This document shows, one piece after another, positions 19,349-29,926 of a DNA stretch of 64,000 nt. The notes beneath the pieces are model-generated. The model did not search any database, had not been told where the DNA came from, and saw only the letters and a program-made list of their open reading frames with translations. The DNA is taken from assembly GCA_018064805.1 (NCBI GenBank), contig JAGHUN010000066.1, positions 1,680-65,679 of the forward strand. Direction: 5' to 3'. Position 1 is the stretch's first letter; each line of letters opens with the position of its first letter. The DNA is from Candidatus Colinaster scatohippi. GTDB lineage: Bacteria; Bacillota; Clostridia; Lachnospirales; Lachnospiraceae. The translations under genes and the position numbers were made by a program.

Positions 19349-20938
19349 TTATCTGCAGAAGGTTCCGATAATTCCACGTGCAAAGGCAGCACCAACATTT
19401 CCACCAAGTTTCTTACCAAACTTACCACCTATAGAACTTCCAACTGTATTGCCAACCTCTCTTCCAATTGTACCAGCGGCTGAATTGGCAACACTCTTTA
19501 CAATCTTGTTTGTCTTCTTTTTCTCCGTTCCTGAAGATGAATTTGACGAACCTGTCTTCTTTTTGCCGGATGCTGTTGAACTGCCTGACTTATGGCTGGC
19601 TGCATAGTCACGCTGTGCCTGTTTTTTATCAATTGCCTCCTGCGATAATTCCGGATAGTTATCAGAATTACCGGATAATGCTGCTGCCTCTTTTTCCTCT
19701 TCCTCAGCTTCCTTAATTACTTCATATGCCGATACCCTGTCTATGGCTTCAGCATACTGAAGATACAAATCTCCGTTATATACAAGGTTATCCCTCTGAT
19801 CCATTGTTATCGGCTTCATCGAACTCTCAGGCAGAATAATCTTAGTTCTCTCCACGATTGTAGGAATACCGGACTCATCAAGAACCGATACAAGAGCCTC
19901 ACCTATCTGCAGTTCCTGAAGCGTATCATATGTATTAAATTCCTTATTAACTCTGAAGGAATCCGCTGCAGCCCTTACATTCTTCTGTTCTGCAGGAGTA
20001 TATGCATGAAGCGCATGCTGAATCTTGGTACCAAGCTGTGCAAGAACACCGTTTGGCACGTCCTTAGGACTCTGTGTTATAAAAAAGATACCCACGCCCT
20101 TAGAACGAATGAGCTTAACAACCTGCTCAACCTTATCAAGAAGGGCCTTACTTGCACTGTCAAACAGCATATGTGCCTCATCAAAGAAGAAAACCATCTT
20201 AGGCTTAGGCTGGTCTCCAACCTCAGGTAAAGTCTCATATATCTCTGAAAGCATCCACAAAAGAAGCGTAGAATACATTGTAGGATTGAGAATAAGCTTC
20301 TGGCAGTCAAGCACCTGTATATAACCCTTGCCATTACAATCTGTCTTGAACCAGTCCCTTATATTAATTGCCGGTTCGCCAAAGAACATATCTCCACCCT
20401 CAGATTCAAGAGATATTACTGCACGTATAATAGAAGTAATACTCTGCTTTGCGAGATTACCATATTCATTGCTGTAATCCGAAGCATTTTCACTTACATA
20501 TGTAAGCATCGCACGCAAATCCTTAGTATCAATTAGGAGTAACTGCTCATCATCCGCAATCTTGAAAATAATAGTAAGAATATCTGACTGTGTCTGATTA
20601 AGACCAAGTATTCTTGCAAGAAGCATAGGTCCCATTTCAGAGATTGTTGTTCTAAGCGGCATACCCATTTCCCCATACACATCCCAGAAATTAGTCGGGT
20701 GCGCACACGCATACTCTGTCTCGCCGGGAATTGCTATACCCGACAAATCCCCCTTAACATCAGCTATGAATACCGGAACCCCCGCATCAGAAAAAGACTC
20801 CGCAACTGTCTTAACAGTTGTTGTCTTACCTGTACCGGTTGCACCTGCAATCAGTCCATGTCTGTTAGCCATCTTAGGAAATATAGAGATTTCCTTTTCT
20901 CCTGCATTTCCAATATAGATCAGATTATCCTTATACAT
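19349..20938 (-). CDS. DUF853/YjgR-like HerA-family P-loop ATPase
   Basis: MANRHGLIAGATGTGKT, ADVKGDLSG, FFFDEAH, LIRSKGVG, QHALHAYTP and the Gly-rich ...ARGIIG C-terminus. Confidence 0.9.
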   Translation of the reverse strand: MYKDNLIYIGNAGEKEISIFPKMANRHGLIAGATGTGKTTTVKTVAESFSDAGVPVFIADVKGDLSGIAIPGETEYACAHPTNFWDVYGEMGMPLRTTISEMGPMLLARILGLNQTQSDILTIIFKIADDEQLLLIDTKDLRAMLTYVSENASDYSNEYGNLAKQSITSIIRAVISLESEGGDMFFGEPAINIRDWFKTDCNGKGYIQVLDCQKLILNPTMYSTLLLWMLSEIYETLPEVGDQPKPKMVFFFDEAHMLFDSASKALLDKVEQVVKLIRSKGVGIFFITQSPKDVPNGVLAQLGTKIQHALHAYTPAEQKNVRAAADSFRVNKEFNTYDTLQELQIGEALVSVLDESGIPTIVERTKIILPESSMKPITMDQRDNLVYNGDLYLQYAEAIDRVSAYEVIKEAEEEEKEAAALSGNSDNYPELSQEAIDKKQAQRDYAASHKSGSSTASGKKKTGSSNSSSGTEKKKTNKIVKSVANSAAGTIGREVGNTVGSSIGGKFGKKLGGNVGAAFARGIIGTFCR

Positions 20939-21034
20939 TTAACTACCTGTCCCTCTCTAAAAAATTGCCATAATACTCATTATGACCTTAAATATGTGAG
21001 TTATTATTACTGCTCCACATTTAATAGCCTATAT

Positions 21035-23416
21035 CTACTGCTTTACGTCCCTTCTGACAGAAGCGCGTCTCTTTTTCTTATCTTCATACATATATGTATC
21101 CGCTTTCGAGATTATATCATCCAATACAACATCTTCTTCACAAATAAAATCTGTATATCCGATAGAGCTTTCAATATAATATGGCTTACGCTCTCTATCA
21201 TTAAGTTCAGAAAGTGAATATCTGAATCCATCTACCTTGGAGACAGCTTCCTTCTCATCACACGGAACAAGCGCTATAAATTCGTCTCCACCGATTCTTG
21301 CACAGCATCCCTTTACACCCGCAATATTTTGAACACATTCTGCAATACTGTTTATAGCAAAATCACCTTCATTATGACCAAATACATCATTAATTTCTTT
21401 AAGATGATCTAAATCAGCAAAAAAGAGAAATGCCCTTTTGCCCTCATTAAGTCTGATTATCTCAAGGGCCTTTTCCATAAAACCGCGACGATTGAAGATA
21501 CCGGTCATAGGATCATTACTTGATACCGAGCTTAGTATCTTATTTTTTTCTCTAAGAACCCTAAGGGTATCATATAATTCCTTCTTAATTGCTTCCTCTC
21601 GCCTGCTTGCATGAAGCGCTGAAAGACCACTACTTATCTGAATACTTATACCATGCATACCGGCTATATCATCTGTATCAAGTTCACAAACGATTATTCC
21701 ATACTGCTCCGTCTCCGAAAACAGTAAGAAAATCCCATACATGCATTCGTCATTATCAGAATACAATGAGGTAAAACCGTGCGTTGCATCTATCACAGGC
21801 CCCTCTTTTTCCCCGTATATTTCAATAGCTCCGTCAATACATGATGCAGTCAGATACATTCTTTCAGGACATACTGTTTCTTCTTCCTTATAATGCCTTA
21901 TTTCACCATCATTCAAGTATATATAAGCATTTCTTGCCCCATGCTCTACTATCTGTCGCATTGCAACTCTAAAGAATGTATCCCAGTCCTTAACCTGTTG
22001 TTGCAGAAGCCTTATAACAATCGGTGCATCCCAGTATCTTCGCACAAGAAGTTCGCTCTGCTGTACATTCTCCTGAACAAGCAGTGACTCCATATGCTGA
22101 TGAATATTATTTCTTGCTTCTGCCCTAAAAGCAATCCTTCTTATGTTAGTATCATGACTATTCTCTACATCAAAAAGCCTGTCAACATATCCTAGGAATA
22201 CTCTGAACTTTAAATTAGTTGTACTTGCAAGCCTGAACTTCGATGAAAGCATATTGGTAGACATCTCCCTAAGGCTTGCATATTCACTCTCATTCATTTC
22301 AAGTTCTCTAATATGCTTTAATGTCTCACAATGTGTCTTAATAAAGCCTTTAATTATCATCTCTTCTTCATACGTATGTGCACGCTTAAGGCTCTCTTCC
22401 ATTACACGCTCTGCAATATCGTTAACATATGTTTCATCAGAATTCTCATCAAAATTATCAATAAGAACATCCAATTCACTCGAAAGGCTAAGTCCCTGCT
22501 CATCACATCCACATGAAGCTCTCTTAATGAGCTTGACAGGCATTACATGAAGCTTATTGCAATCGTTTGTGACACCTTCCATTGCCAGCTCCATTGCCAT
22601 TCTTCCAAGAATATATCCGTCCTGCCTGATAGTAGTTAATGGAGGATTAAGACCGGCTGCGATATCAACATCGTCAAAGCCGGTAATTGCTATATCCTTA
22701 CCAATAACCAAGCCCCTCTTCTTACATACTCTGTAAGCACAAAGACACATTTCATCGTTGGCACAAGCAATTGCCTCCGCATCAGGATTATTATCAAGTA
22801 GTCTCTCAACCAGATAATCAACTGTCTGGGAATAATCACCATATTCAATCATCCCCGGTGTAATCTCTATATCGCGACTTCTCATAGCATCAATATATCC
22901 GTGAAGTCGTTCTACCGAATCCGTATTCATATGAGGTCCGCTAAGGTAAACTACCTTTTTCCGTCCATGCTCCTCTATAAGATGTTCAACCATACATTTC
23001 ATGCCTTCATAATTATCGGCAATTATGTAATTAAAATTCCTTGTGGCATCATATTCCTGAATAACTATCGTCGGAATATCCTTAAACTTATCAAAAAAAG
23101 TCTCACGCTCCTTTTGGCTAAGATACATTGATATTGTTCCGTAAGCCACAATAATCGCATCAAAGCCGGCAATAAGCGAATAATCATTAAGAGCATTATA
23201 CTGATAATCAAATGCAGCAAACTGTGCAGCTTCATTATGCTCCGTATCAGTGCTCCAATAATTAAAAATTCCACCTTGAGCACCGGAAATCAGCGTCAGC
23301 TTAACATCATTGCCCTCTGCAACCTCATACAGACCTCGCAATACTTCCATCGGATGCTTTGTCGAGAAATTCCCAATAAGTACTCCTATATTTTTTATCT
23401 TTTTTCCTTCTGCCAT
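21035..23416 (-). CDS. Diguanylate cyclase with an N-terminal LacI/GalR-type sugar-binding domain
   Basis: N-terminal ADNY.G...HLIEEHG...CANDEM...DIAITGFDD...PPLTTIRQ without an HTH; C-terminal DPMTGIFNRRG, KEINDVFGH.EGD, RIGGDEF. Confidence 0.9.
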   Translation of the reverse strand: MAEGKKIKNIGVLIGNFSTKHPMEVLRGLYEVAEGNDVKLTLISGAQGGIFNYWSTDTEHNEAAQFAAFDYQYNALNDYSLIAGFDAIIVAYGTISMYLSQKERETFFDKFKDIPTIVIQEYDATRNFNYIIADNYEGMKCMVEHLIEEHGRKKVVYLSGPHMNTDSVERLHGYIDAMRSRDIEITPGMIEYGDYSQTVDYLVERLLDNNPDAEAIACANDEMCLCAYRVCKKRGLVIGKDIAITGFDDVDIAAGLNPPLTTIRQDGYILGRMAMELAMEGVTNDCNKLHVMPVKLIKRASCGCDEQGLSLSSELDVLIDNFDENSDETYVNDIAERVMEESLKRAHTYEEEMIIKGFIKTHCETLKHIRELEMNESEYASLREMSTNMLSSKFRLASTTNLKFRVFLGYVDRLFDVENSHDTNIRRIAFRAEARNNIHQHMESLLVQENVQQSELLVRRYWDAPIVIRLLQQQVKDWDTFFRVAMRQIVEHGARNAYIYLNDGEIRHYKEEETVCPERMYLTASCIDGAIEIYGEKEGPVIDATHGFTSLYSDNDECMYGIFLLFSETEQYGIIVCELDTDDIAGMHGISIQISSGLSALHASRREEAIKKELYDTLRVLREKNKILSSVSSNDPMTGIFNRRGFMEKALEIIRLNEGKRAFLFFADLDHLKEINDVFGHNEGDFAINSIAECVQNIAGVKGCCARIGGDEFIALVPCDEKEAVSKVDGFRYSLSELNDRERKPYYIESSIGYTDFICEEDVVLDDIISKADTYMYEDKKKRRASVRRDVKQ

Positions 23417-23485
23417 CGCACTCTCCTGTACCTGCCTATTCTGCATTCAACAAATACCCGAAATAATTACAATATCACTCAAAGT

Positions 23486-23920
23486 TTAAAACAAACCAAA
23501 CAACTTATTAGAAAAGCCATCTCTTATTGTCTGATAGTCAGCATAATCAATTGAACATTCCATTATCTCATTCCACTTTTCCTTAAAAGCGTCTGCTATT
23601 AGTTCTGCATTCACATCCTTTGTAAGCAGAATTCCCGGAAACACATAATATATCATCATGAGATTTAGATCCATTGCCAACTGTGGCGGAATCTTCTTTT
23701 TATTAACATAAGCCTCACGCATCTTGTAAGCAAAACAGTCGCCAAGCATAATCGCCATCTGCCTCTTATCCTCAGCTGCTGCCACAGTATCAATTATTTC
23801 ATCGAAATATTTCTTATAATTAGTTCCAAAAACCTCCATGTTTTTCTCGTAAAGAGGTCTTCGCATCTTTTTCAAATAGAAGCCCTTGTCTTCGAACATT
23901 ACACTTACATTATCAAGCAT
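23486..23920 (-). CDS. Hypothetical protein
   Basis: 144-aa ORF with an AGGA SD, co-oriented and tightly packed with its neighbours. Confidence 0.75.
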   Translation of the reverse strand: MLDNVSVMFEDKGFYLKKMRRPLYEKNMEVFGTNYKKYFDEIIDTVAAAEDKRQMAIMLGDCFAYKMREAYVNKKKIPPQLAMDLNLMMIYYVFPGILLTKDVNAELIADAFKEKWNEIMECSIDYADYQTIRDGFSNKLFGLF

Positions 23921-23935
23921 ACTTAGTCCTTTCCT

Positions 23936-24661
23936 CTATAACTCAATAGATTTAATTTTATAAGTCCTGAAAATATAAATTCCAAGAATAAAAAGTCCCA
24001 GTGTCATTAGACTATTAAAAATTAACGATGTAAAATTAATGCCAACACTCATTGACAATAGATCAATATTAATAGTGCGCATACTTACTGCCAGGAAAGA
24101 CAAAATAAAAACACCCATTAGAATTCCTGACACAACTATCAGTTCTCTTTTTTCAAGAATAATACCGGTAGCTATAATACCGATATTAACAACTAAAAAC
24201 ATTCCCAGATACTTAAATCCGTGCGTACTGTCATAAAACATTGAATACATCGCATCATTTTGCACATTATAGGTATTATTCAAAACCAGCCATACAATGC
24301 CTAACATACGATTGTACATTTCAATACTGATTTCAAAAATAATCTGGAACGGAATAAGAATAATCCCCCAAATATACAAAAGCTTTCTTACATATGGTGA
24401 ATGGAAAAAAAGCTTCTTCATGCTTCTTAAAAAAACAATAAACAGGACTACAACTACCAAAATCTTACCTGCTGCCAGGTAGAACTGATATCTGTTAATC
24501 ACATCAAACTGTCCTGCAAGTTTAACTCTAAGAATAACCTTAATGCCGGCTTCAACAATATTCAGTATCGCCGACAGGATAATAAATAATCCAAGTATCT
24601 GCTGGCTGTTTTTCTCTTCTGCAAGTATTCGCTTTTCCAGTTTGCTAATCTTATCTTCCAC
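23936..24661 (-). CDS. Hypothetical integral membrane protein (about 6 TM)
   Basis: GTG start behind GGAG; several hydrophobic segments. Confidence 0.75.
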   Translation of the reverse strand: MEDKISKLEKRILAEEKNSQQILGLFIILSAILNIVEAGIKVILRVKLAGQFDVINRYQFYLAAGKILVVVVLFIVFLRSMKKLFFHSPYVRKLLYIWGIILIPFQIIFEISIEMYNRMLGIVWLVLNNTYNVQNDAMYSMFYDSTHGFKYLGMFLVVNIGIIATGIILEKRELIVVSGILMGVFILSFLAVSMRTINIDLLSMSVGINFTSLIFNSLMTLGLFILGIYIFRTYKIKSIEL

Positions 24662-24759
24662 TTGTTATTCTCCAATTTTATACATATCAGATATTAAAAG
24701 CATTAGCACATACATCAAGCCAAATCTACACTCGGCCCATCCGGTGATTACAGTCTGTT

Positions 24760-25788
24760 TTATACCAAATCCGCAATCTCATAGATAAGTTTCTCTGTTT
24801 TATCCCATCCAAGACAAGGATCTGTTATGGACTTACCATAACATCCTCCGCCAACCTTCTGTGCTCCATCTTCAATATAGCTCTCAACCATAAAGCCCTT
24901 AAGAATTCCTGATATACGCTCATTCTGTCTGCTTGAGTGAAGAACATCCTTAATAATTCTCGGCTGTTCAAAAGGATTCTTATTTGAATTAGAATGATTA
25001 GTATCTATAATTACACCCGGATTAAGTAATTCTCTCTCATCATAATAATCGCAGAGCCTGATAAGATCCTCATAGTGATAGTTAGGCTGCGACTGCCCAT
25101 GCTTGTTGGTCGAACCTCTGAGTATAGCATGTGTATGTACATTTCCCTGCGAATGTACTTCCCATCCTCTGTATATAAAGGTGTGGCTGTGCTGGGCAGC
25201 TAAAATGGCATTCATCATAACCGAATAGTCACCTGATGTAGGATTCTTCATTCCTACAGGAACCTCTATTCCGCTTGCAACCAGTCTATGCTGCTGGTCT
25301 TCAACCGACCTTGCACCAACTGCAACATATCCAAGCAAGTCATCCAGATACTGATAATTCTCCGGATAAAGCATCTCATCAGCACATGCAAAACCGGTCT
25401 CTTCAACTGCTCTCATATGAAGATGTCTTGTTGCTGTTATTCCCTTAAACATATCCGGCTTCTCATTTGGATCCGGCTGATGCAACATTCCCTTATATCC
25501 TTCACCTGTTGTCCTTGGCTTATTGGTATATATTCTTGGCACAATTAGAAGCTTATCCTTTGTATTCTCCTGTACCTTAATAAGTCTCGAAATATAATCA
25601 ATTACACTGTCTTCATTGTCAGCTGAGCATGGACCGATTATAAGGATAAGCTTATCATTCTTGCCCTCAAAGATTGATTTAATCTCTGCTCTTTTTTTCT
25701 CAACTGTCTCACTCATCTTGCCGGTAAGAGGATACATCTCCTTAACCTCTGCAGGTACTGCAAGTCTTCTGTCCATATCCATATTCAT
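24760..25788 (-). CDS. 3-deoxy-7-phosphoheptulonate (DAHP) synthase, class I-alpha
   Basis: IIGPCS, KPRTTGEGYKG, VGARS, GMKN, DTNHSNS, YGKSITDPCLGW. Confidence 0.95.
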   Translation of the reverse strand: MNMDMDRRLAVPAEVKEMYPLTGKMSETVEKKRAEIKSIFEGKNDKLILIIGPCSADNEDSVIDYISRLIKVQENTKDKLLIVPRIYTNKPRTTGEGYKGMLHQPDPNEKPDMFKGITATRHLHMRAVEETGFACADEMLYPENYQYLDDLLGYVAVGARSVEDQQHRLVASGIEVPVGMKNPTSGDYSVMMNAILAAQHSHTFIYRGWEVHSQGNVHTHAILRGSTNKHGQSQPNYHYEDLIRLCDYYDERELLNPGVIIDTNHSNSNKNPFEQPRIIKDVLHSSRQNERISGILKGFMVESYIEDGAQKVGGGCYGKSITDPCLGWDKTEKLIYEIADLV

Positions 25789-25818
25789 GTTAGTATCACC
25801 TCATGCATTATTTTTTGT

Positions 25819-27027
25819 TTATTCTGTCAGTTCAACATCAATTCCTATTTTTTTAATTCTTTCATAGTAGTCGGGGAAACTCTTATTTACAGCCATCGCA
25901 TCATCAACGCTTCCACCTGTAATTGAAAGCATGGTTACCATAGCCATTACAATTCTGTGGTCATTATAGCCGTGTACAACGCCCTCCGGAGCAACCGGCT
26001 CTCCACCTTCAATTGTTATACAATCCTCCTCGAAGGTTGACTCTATACCGAATTTGGCGAGTTCCTCACACATTACCTTGCCACGATTACTTTCCTTAAT
26101 TGCAAGTCTTCTTGTTCCTGTAAAGGTTCCTCCATAATGTGTTGCCGCTACCACAAAAAGAACCGGTCCAAGATCGGGACAATCTGAAATATCAAGAGTC
26201 GATCTGCCTCCTATAAGTCGACTGAAATACTCATAGTAAACTCTGTCCCCCTGTCTGCTGTCACTGTCAAGGCCATTAACTGTAACCTGCCCATCAAGAG
26301 TATTAAATACCTCGAGAAAAGCTGCATTAGAATAATCGCCCTCGATTGTAACCTCTGTCGGACTATATGTTTGACGACCTAATATCTCCAAAGTCGTCTC
26401 ATCCTTCCATTTAACATCTACACCGAATTTCAAAAGTGCCTTAATTGTCAAATCAATATACGATCTACTGTCAACAGGCGGAATAAGGCATATTTCACTT
26501 TTTTCATTAAGCAAAGGAAGCACAAACATAAGTCCACTAATGAACTGGCTGCTTATATTCCCGGGAACTTCATAAATTCCTGCCCCAAGCCTTCCGTTAA
26601 CAAGAATGCCATCCTCACTCTTTTCATATATGAGTCCCTGCACTTTGGCAAGATCTTCATACACAGACATAGGGCGTGTCATAAGGGTTTCACTACCCGT
26701 TAACAGTGTGTCCTCTCCTCGCATCATGGCAATCGGCACCATAAATCTAAGAGTACTTCCACACTCTCTGCAGGCAAGGGTAAGCGGCCCCTTAGCGGAT
26801 ATCCCTCTTCCTCTGATTATAAGCCTCTCCGGTTCCTTAATCACCTCTGCACCAAGCGCACTTATGCAATCAATTGTCGCAAGAATGTCCTGCGAATAGC
26901 TGATATTATTGACAATACTCTCTCCCATTGCAAGTGCAGCACAAATCATATATCTGTGCGCCATACTTTTTGAAGGAGGAGCCATAATACTTCCTTCTGC
27001 CTTAGACGGTTTGATAACTGCTTTCAT
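25819..27027 (-). CDS. aroA: 3-phosphoshikimate 1-carboxyvinyltransferase (EPSP synthase)
   Basis: PPSKSMAHR, GSTLRF, ISSQFISG, KESNR, DHRIVM, KSFPDY. Confidence 0.94.
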   Translation of the reverse strand: MKAVIKPSKAEGSIMAPPSKSMAHRYMICAALAMGESIVNNISYSQDILATIDCISALGAEVIKEPERLIIRGRGISAKGPLTLACRECGSTLRFMVPIAMMRGEDTLLTGSETLMTRPMSVYEDLAKVQGLIYEKSEDGILVNGRLGAGIYEVPGNISSQFISGLMFVLPLLNEKSEICLIPPVDSRSYIDLTIKALLKFGVDVKWKDETTLEILGRQTYSPTEVTIEGDYSNAAFLEVFNTLDGQVTVNGLDSDSRQGDRVYYEYFSRLIGGRSTLDISDCPDLGPVLFVVAATHYGGTFTGTRRLAIKESNRGKVMCEELAKFGIESTFEEDCITIEGGEPVAPEGVVHGYNDHRIVMAMVTMLSITGGSVDDAMAVNKSFPDYYERIKKIGIDVELTE

Positions 27028-27039
27028 TTTGTCACCCTG

Positions 27040-27468
27040 TTACTTATTCTCTACGAGGAAATCTATTGCCTCAAGATATCCATTAACACCATGTCCTGTA
27101 ATTGTCTTAATACATGCTGCCCTTATATAGCTTACCTGTCTGAAATCCTCTCTCTCTTCAACCTTGGAAATATGCACCTCAACAACCGGAATTCCAACAG
27201 ACTTAGCTGCATCCAAAATTGCAATGCTTGTATGTGTATATGCTCCCGGATTAATTACAATCGCATCAATATTCTGAAAGCATTCCTGTATCATATCAAC
27301 CAGGTCACCCTCATGATTTGACTGAAGAACATCCACTTCCACCCCAATATCTCTGCAGTGGTCAAAAATCATATTCTCCAGGTCAGCATATGTGGTTCGC
27401 CCATATATATCCGGTTCTCTGATTCCAAGCATATTTATATTAGGACCGTTAATAACTCTGATTTTCAT
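27040..27468 (-). CDS. aroQ: Type II 3-dehydroquinate dehydratase
   Basis: INGPNINMLGIREPDIYG, QSNHEG, INPGAYTHTS, EVHIS...REDFR. Confidence 0.96.
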   Translation of the reverse strand: MKIRVINGPNINMLGIREPDIYGRTTYADLENMIFDHCRDIGVEVDVLQSNHEGDLVDMIQECFQNIDAIVINPGAYTHTSIAILDAAKSVGIPVVEVHISKVEEREDFRQVSYIRAACIKTITGHGVNGYLEAIDFLVENK

Positions 27469-27504
27469 TCTATTCTCTCCTTTAAAAGTGACACTATCGT
27501 CACT

Positions 27505-28737
27505 TTACCATTTGCTCAGTAATGCATCTACAACTTCCTCAATGCCTACACTTGCATCAACCACCTCATCACAGCAGGCCTCGTAGATTGGCTTACGCTC
27601 CTCATATCGCTTTTTTACCTTATCAAAGGTATCTGCAAGTGGCCTGTCATCGGTAGGAACAATATTCTCCACAGGCCTGTCAAGCAGGTACAGTTTGCCA
27701 TTATGCTTAAGCTCTCTTACATTTTCACTCCTAAGAACAGCTCCACCACCTGTTGCTATAATGATGCCCGTATCTGATGCTATGTCTCTTATCACTTCAC
27801 TCTCAATATCTCTGAAGTGCTTCTCGCCGTATTTCTCAAAAATCTCTGTTATCTCCATACCGGCTTTTTTTACTATTAATACATCTGTATCTATAAGCTC
27901 TTTGCCAAACTTTTTGCTAAGTATTGCGCCAACAGTACTCTTGCCACTTCCCGGCATTCCAACCAGAACAATATTGCTTTTTTTTCTTTCCATATCGGCA
28001 AATATATCACTCAAAAGCGTATCAGGATATTTTGTATCAAAAAAGAACTCAGCTGCGCAGACGGCCTGAGCTACAAGCATATAAAGACCGCCTTCGGCCT
28101 TTATCCCTCGCTCCTTGGCATCAAGAATAAGATCTGTACAAACCGGATTATATATAGCATCGATTACACCCTCTACCAACGGAAGTTTCTCCAAATCAAT
28201 CGGCTTATTCCTGAAATTAGGAAACATTCCACATGGTGTTGTATTGATAATACAAGCTGCATCCTTATGGTCCGTATAAGCCTGTTCATATGTAACTGCA
28301 TCATCCTTACCGCTTCGGCTGACATGAATAATCTCAGTTGCATTCAGACTCTCTGCAACAGCAGTTGCCGTAAGCGAAGTACCACCTGTACCAAGTATTA
28401 GCACTTTTTTTCCTGTAAGGTCAATTCCGGTCTTCCTGATTAACAGCTTCATCCCCAGGAAATCCGTGTTATAGCCAAACAACTTACCATCTCTGTTTAC
28501 TATAGTATTAACTGCTCCAATCTTAAGTGCTGCAGGATCCACCCAATCAAGCATTGGTATTACATCCTGCTTATATGGTATTGTCACATTAATTCCTTTA
28601 AATTCTCGGCTTTCTATGAAATCAGCAAGCTTCCCACGCTCTATCTCCTTAAGCTCGTAAGAATAATCACCAATCTTACCATGAATTTCCTTAGAGAAAC
28701 TATGACCTAATTTCTCTCCGATAAGTCCGTATTCCAT
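27505..28737 (-). CDS. aroE: Fused shikimate dehydrogenase (AroE) and shikimate kinase (AroK)
   Basis: N-terminal HSFS, NVTIPYK, GAVNT, NTD, GTGG; C-terminal GMPGSGKST, DTD, GEKHFRDIE, ATGGG, RPL. Confidence 0.92.
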   Translation of the reverse strand: MEYGLIGEKLGHSFSKEIHGKIGDYSYELKEIERGKLADFIESREFKGINVTIPYKQDVIPMLDWVDPAALKIGAVNTIVNRDGKLFGYNTDFLGMKLLIRKTGIDLTGKKVLILGTGGTSLTATAVAESLNATEIIHVSRSGKDDAVTYEQAYTDHKDAACIINTTPCGMFPNFRNKPIDLEKLPLVEGVIDAIYNPVCTDLILDAKERGIKAEGGLYMLVAQAVCAAEFFFDTKYPDTLLSDIFADMERKKSNIVLVGMPGSGKSTVGAILSKKFGKELIDTDVLIVKKAGMEITEIFEKYGEKHFRDIESEVIRDIASDTGIIIATGGGAVLRSENVRELKHNGKLYLLDRPVENIVPTDDRPLADTFDKVKKRYEERKPIYEACCDEVVDASVGIEEVVDALLSKW

Positions 28738-28825
28738 CTTATCCTCCGAATATATATTACCTGCAACCGATAATCCGCGCCTTTAGTCTGGCGAAAACAG
28801 TCGGTTTCAAATATTATTTATGTCT

Positions 28826-29926
28826 CTATTCACCACTTGGACAAAAATAATCAGTCCCAAATCTTGCAGCAAGCGCATCATACATAACTATTGCTGCAAG
28901 GCTGTCTACAACCACTCTGGCTCTATGGATAATAGCGGGATCATGCCTTCCCTCTATCTGTAATTCAGAATCCTTACCCTCCATAAAATTGACTGACTGC
29001 TGTGGCTTATATATTGATGGAGTAGGTTTTACTGCAAGTCTGAAGGTAATCGGCATTCCATTAGTAATTCCACCATTGATTCCACCATTATTATTAGTAG
29101 TAGTAATTACTGTATCCCCATCCATTTTAAATGGATCATTATACTCACTTCCACACCTATCGACCATGTCAAAGGCTGCTCCAAACTGAATTCCTTTAAT
29201 CGCAGGAATACCAAACATGGCATGAGCCAGTTCACTTTCAATTGAATCAAACCAAGGCTCGCCAATTCCTGCAGGCATTCCTACAATGGCTGTCTCAAGC
29301 ACACCACCAACGCTGTCACCATCGGCTGCTGCTGCCTCTGCGGCCTTTTTCATTGCTACAGCGGCATCTTCATCGAGTACTGCAAAATCCATTCCGTTAA
29401 GCTTACTGATATCAGCCATATACTCGCCAAAATCCCTGTCTTCGATTCCATTCAGCTTCTTTATATGCGAACCGATATATATTCCCTTTTTTCTAAGGGC
29501 CGGAATTACAATTGCTCCTGCTGCAACAACCGCCGCAGTTATTCTGCCACTAAAATGTCCGCCGCCTCTGTAATCCTCATAACCATGATATTTGCAAAAT
29601 GCAGTATAATCAGCATGTCCAGGTCTTGCAATCGGACGAGTCTTACTATAATCCTTACTATGCTGAGAAGAATTAGGAATAATAATCGTAAGAGCTGTAC
29701 CTGTAGTTTTTCCTTCAAATGCTCCGCTCACAATCTGATACGGATCCTGTTCCTGCCTGGCTGTTGATATTTTTCCTGCAGGTCTGCGGAGCCTCAACTG
29801 CTCATTAATAAATTCATCACTAATCTCAATTCCCGGTGCCAGTCCATCAAGTACCGCACCTATATATGCGCCATGGCTTTCTCCAAATATTGTTATTGCC
29901 AGGCTATTTCCAAATGTATTTTTCAT
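28826..29926 (-). CDS. aroC: Chorismate synthase
   Basis: FGESHG, RPGHAD, RGGGHFSGR, GGINGGITNG, KPTPSI, GRHDP. Confidence 0.96.
   Translation of the reverse strand: MKNTFGNSLAITIFGESHGAYIGAVLDGLAPGIEISDEFINEQLRLRRPAGKISTARQEQDPYQIVSGAFEGKTTGTALTIIIPNSSQHSKDYSKTRPIARPGHADYTAFCKYHGYEDYRGGGHFSGRITAAVVAAGAIVIPALRKKGIYIGSHIKKLNGIEDRDFGEYMADISKLNGMDFAVLDEDAAVAMKKAAEAAAADGDSVGGVLETAIVGMPAGIGEPWFDSIESELAHAMFGIPAIKGIQFGAAFDMVDRCGSEYNDPFKMDGDTVITTTNNNGGINGGITNGMPITFRLAVKPTPSIYKPQQSVNFMEGKDSELQIEGRHDPAIIHRARVVVDSLAAIVMYDALAARFGTDYFCPSGE

Noticed and set aside
19349-20938. DUF853 HerA-like ATPase as part of a defence system
   Set aside because: No adjacent nuclease, SIR2 or NurA partner; it looks like the widespread stand-alone YjgR type.
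28765-28806. Weak hairpin between aroC and aroE (AACCGA...TCGGTT)
   Set aside because: Short stems with large internal loops; not distinguishable from chance.
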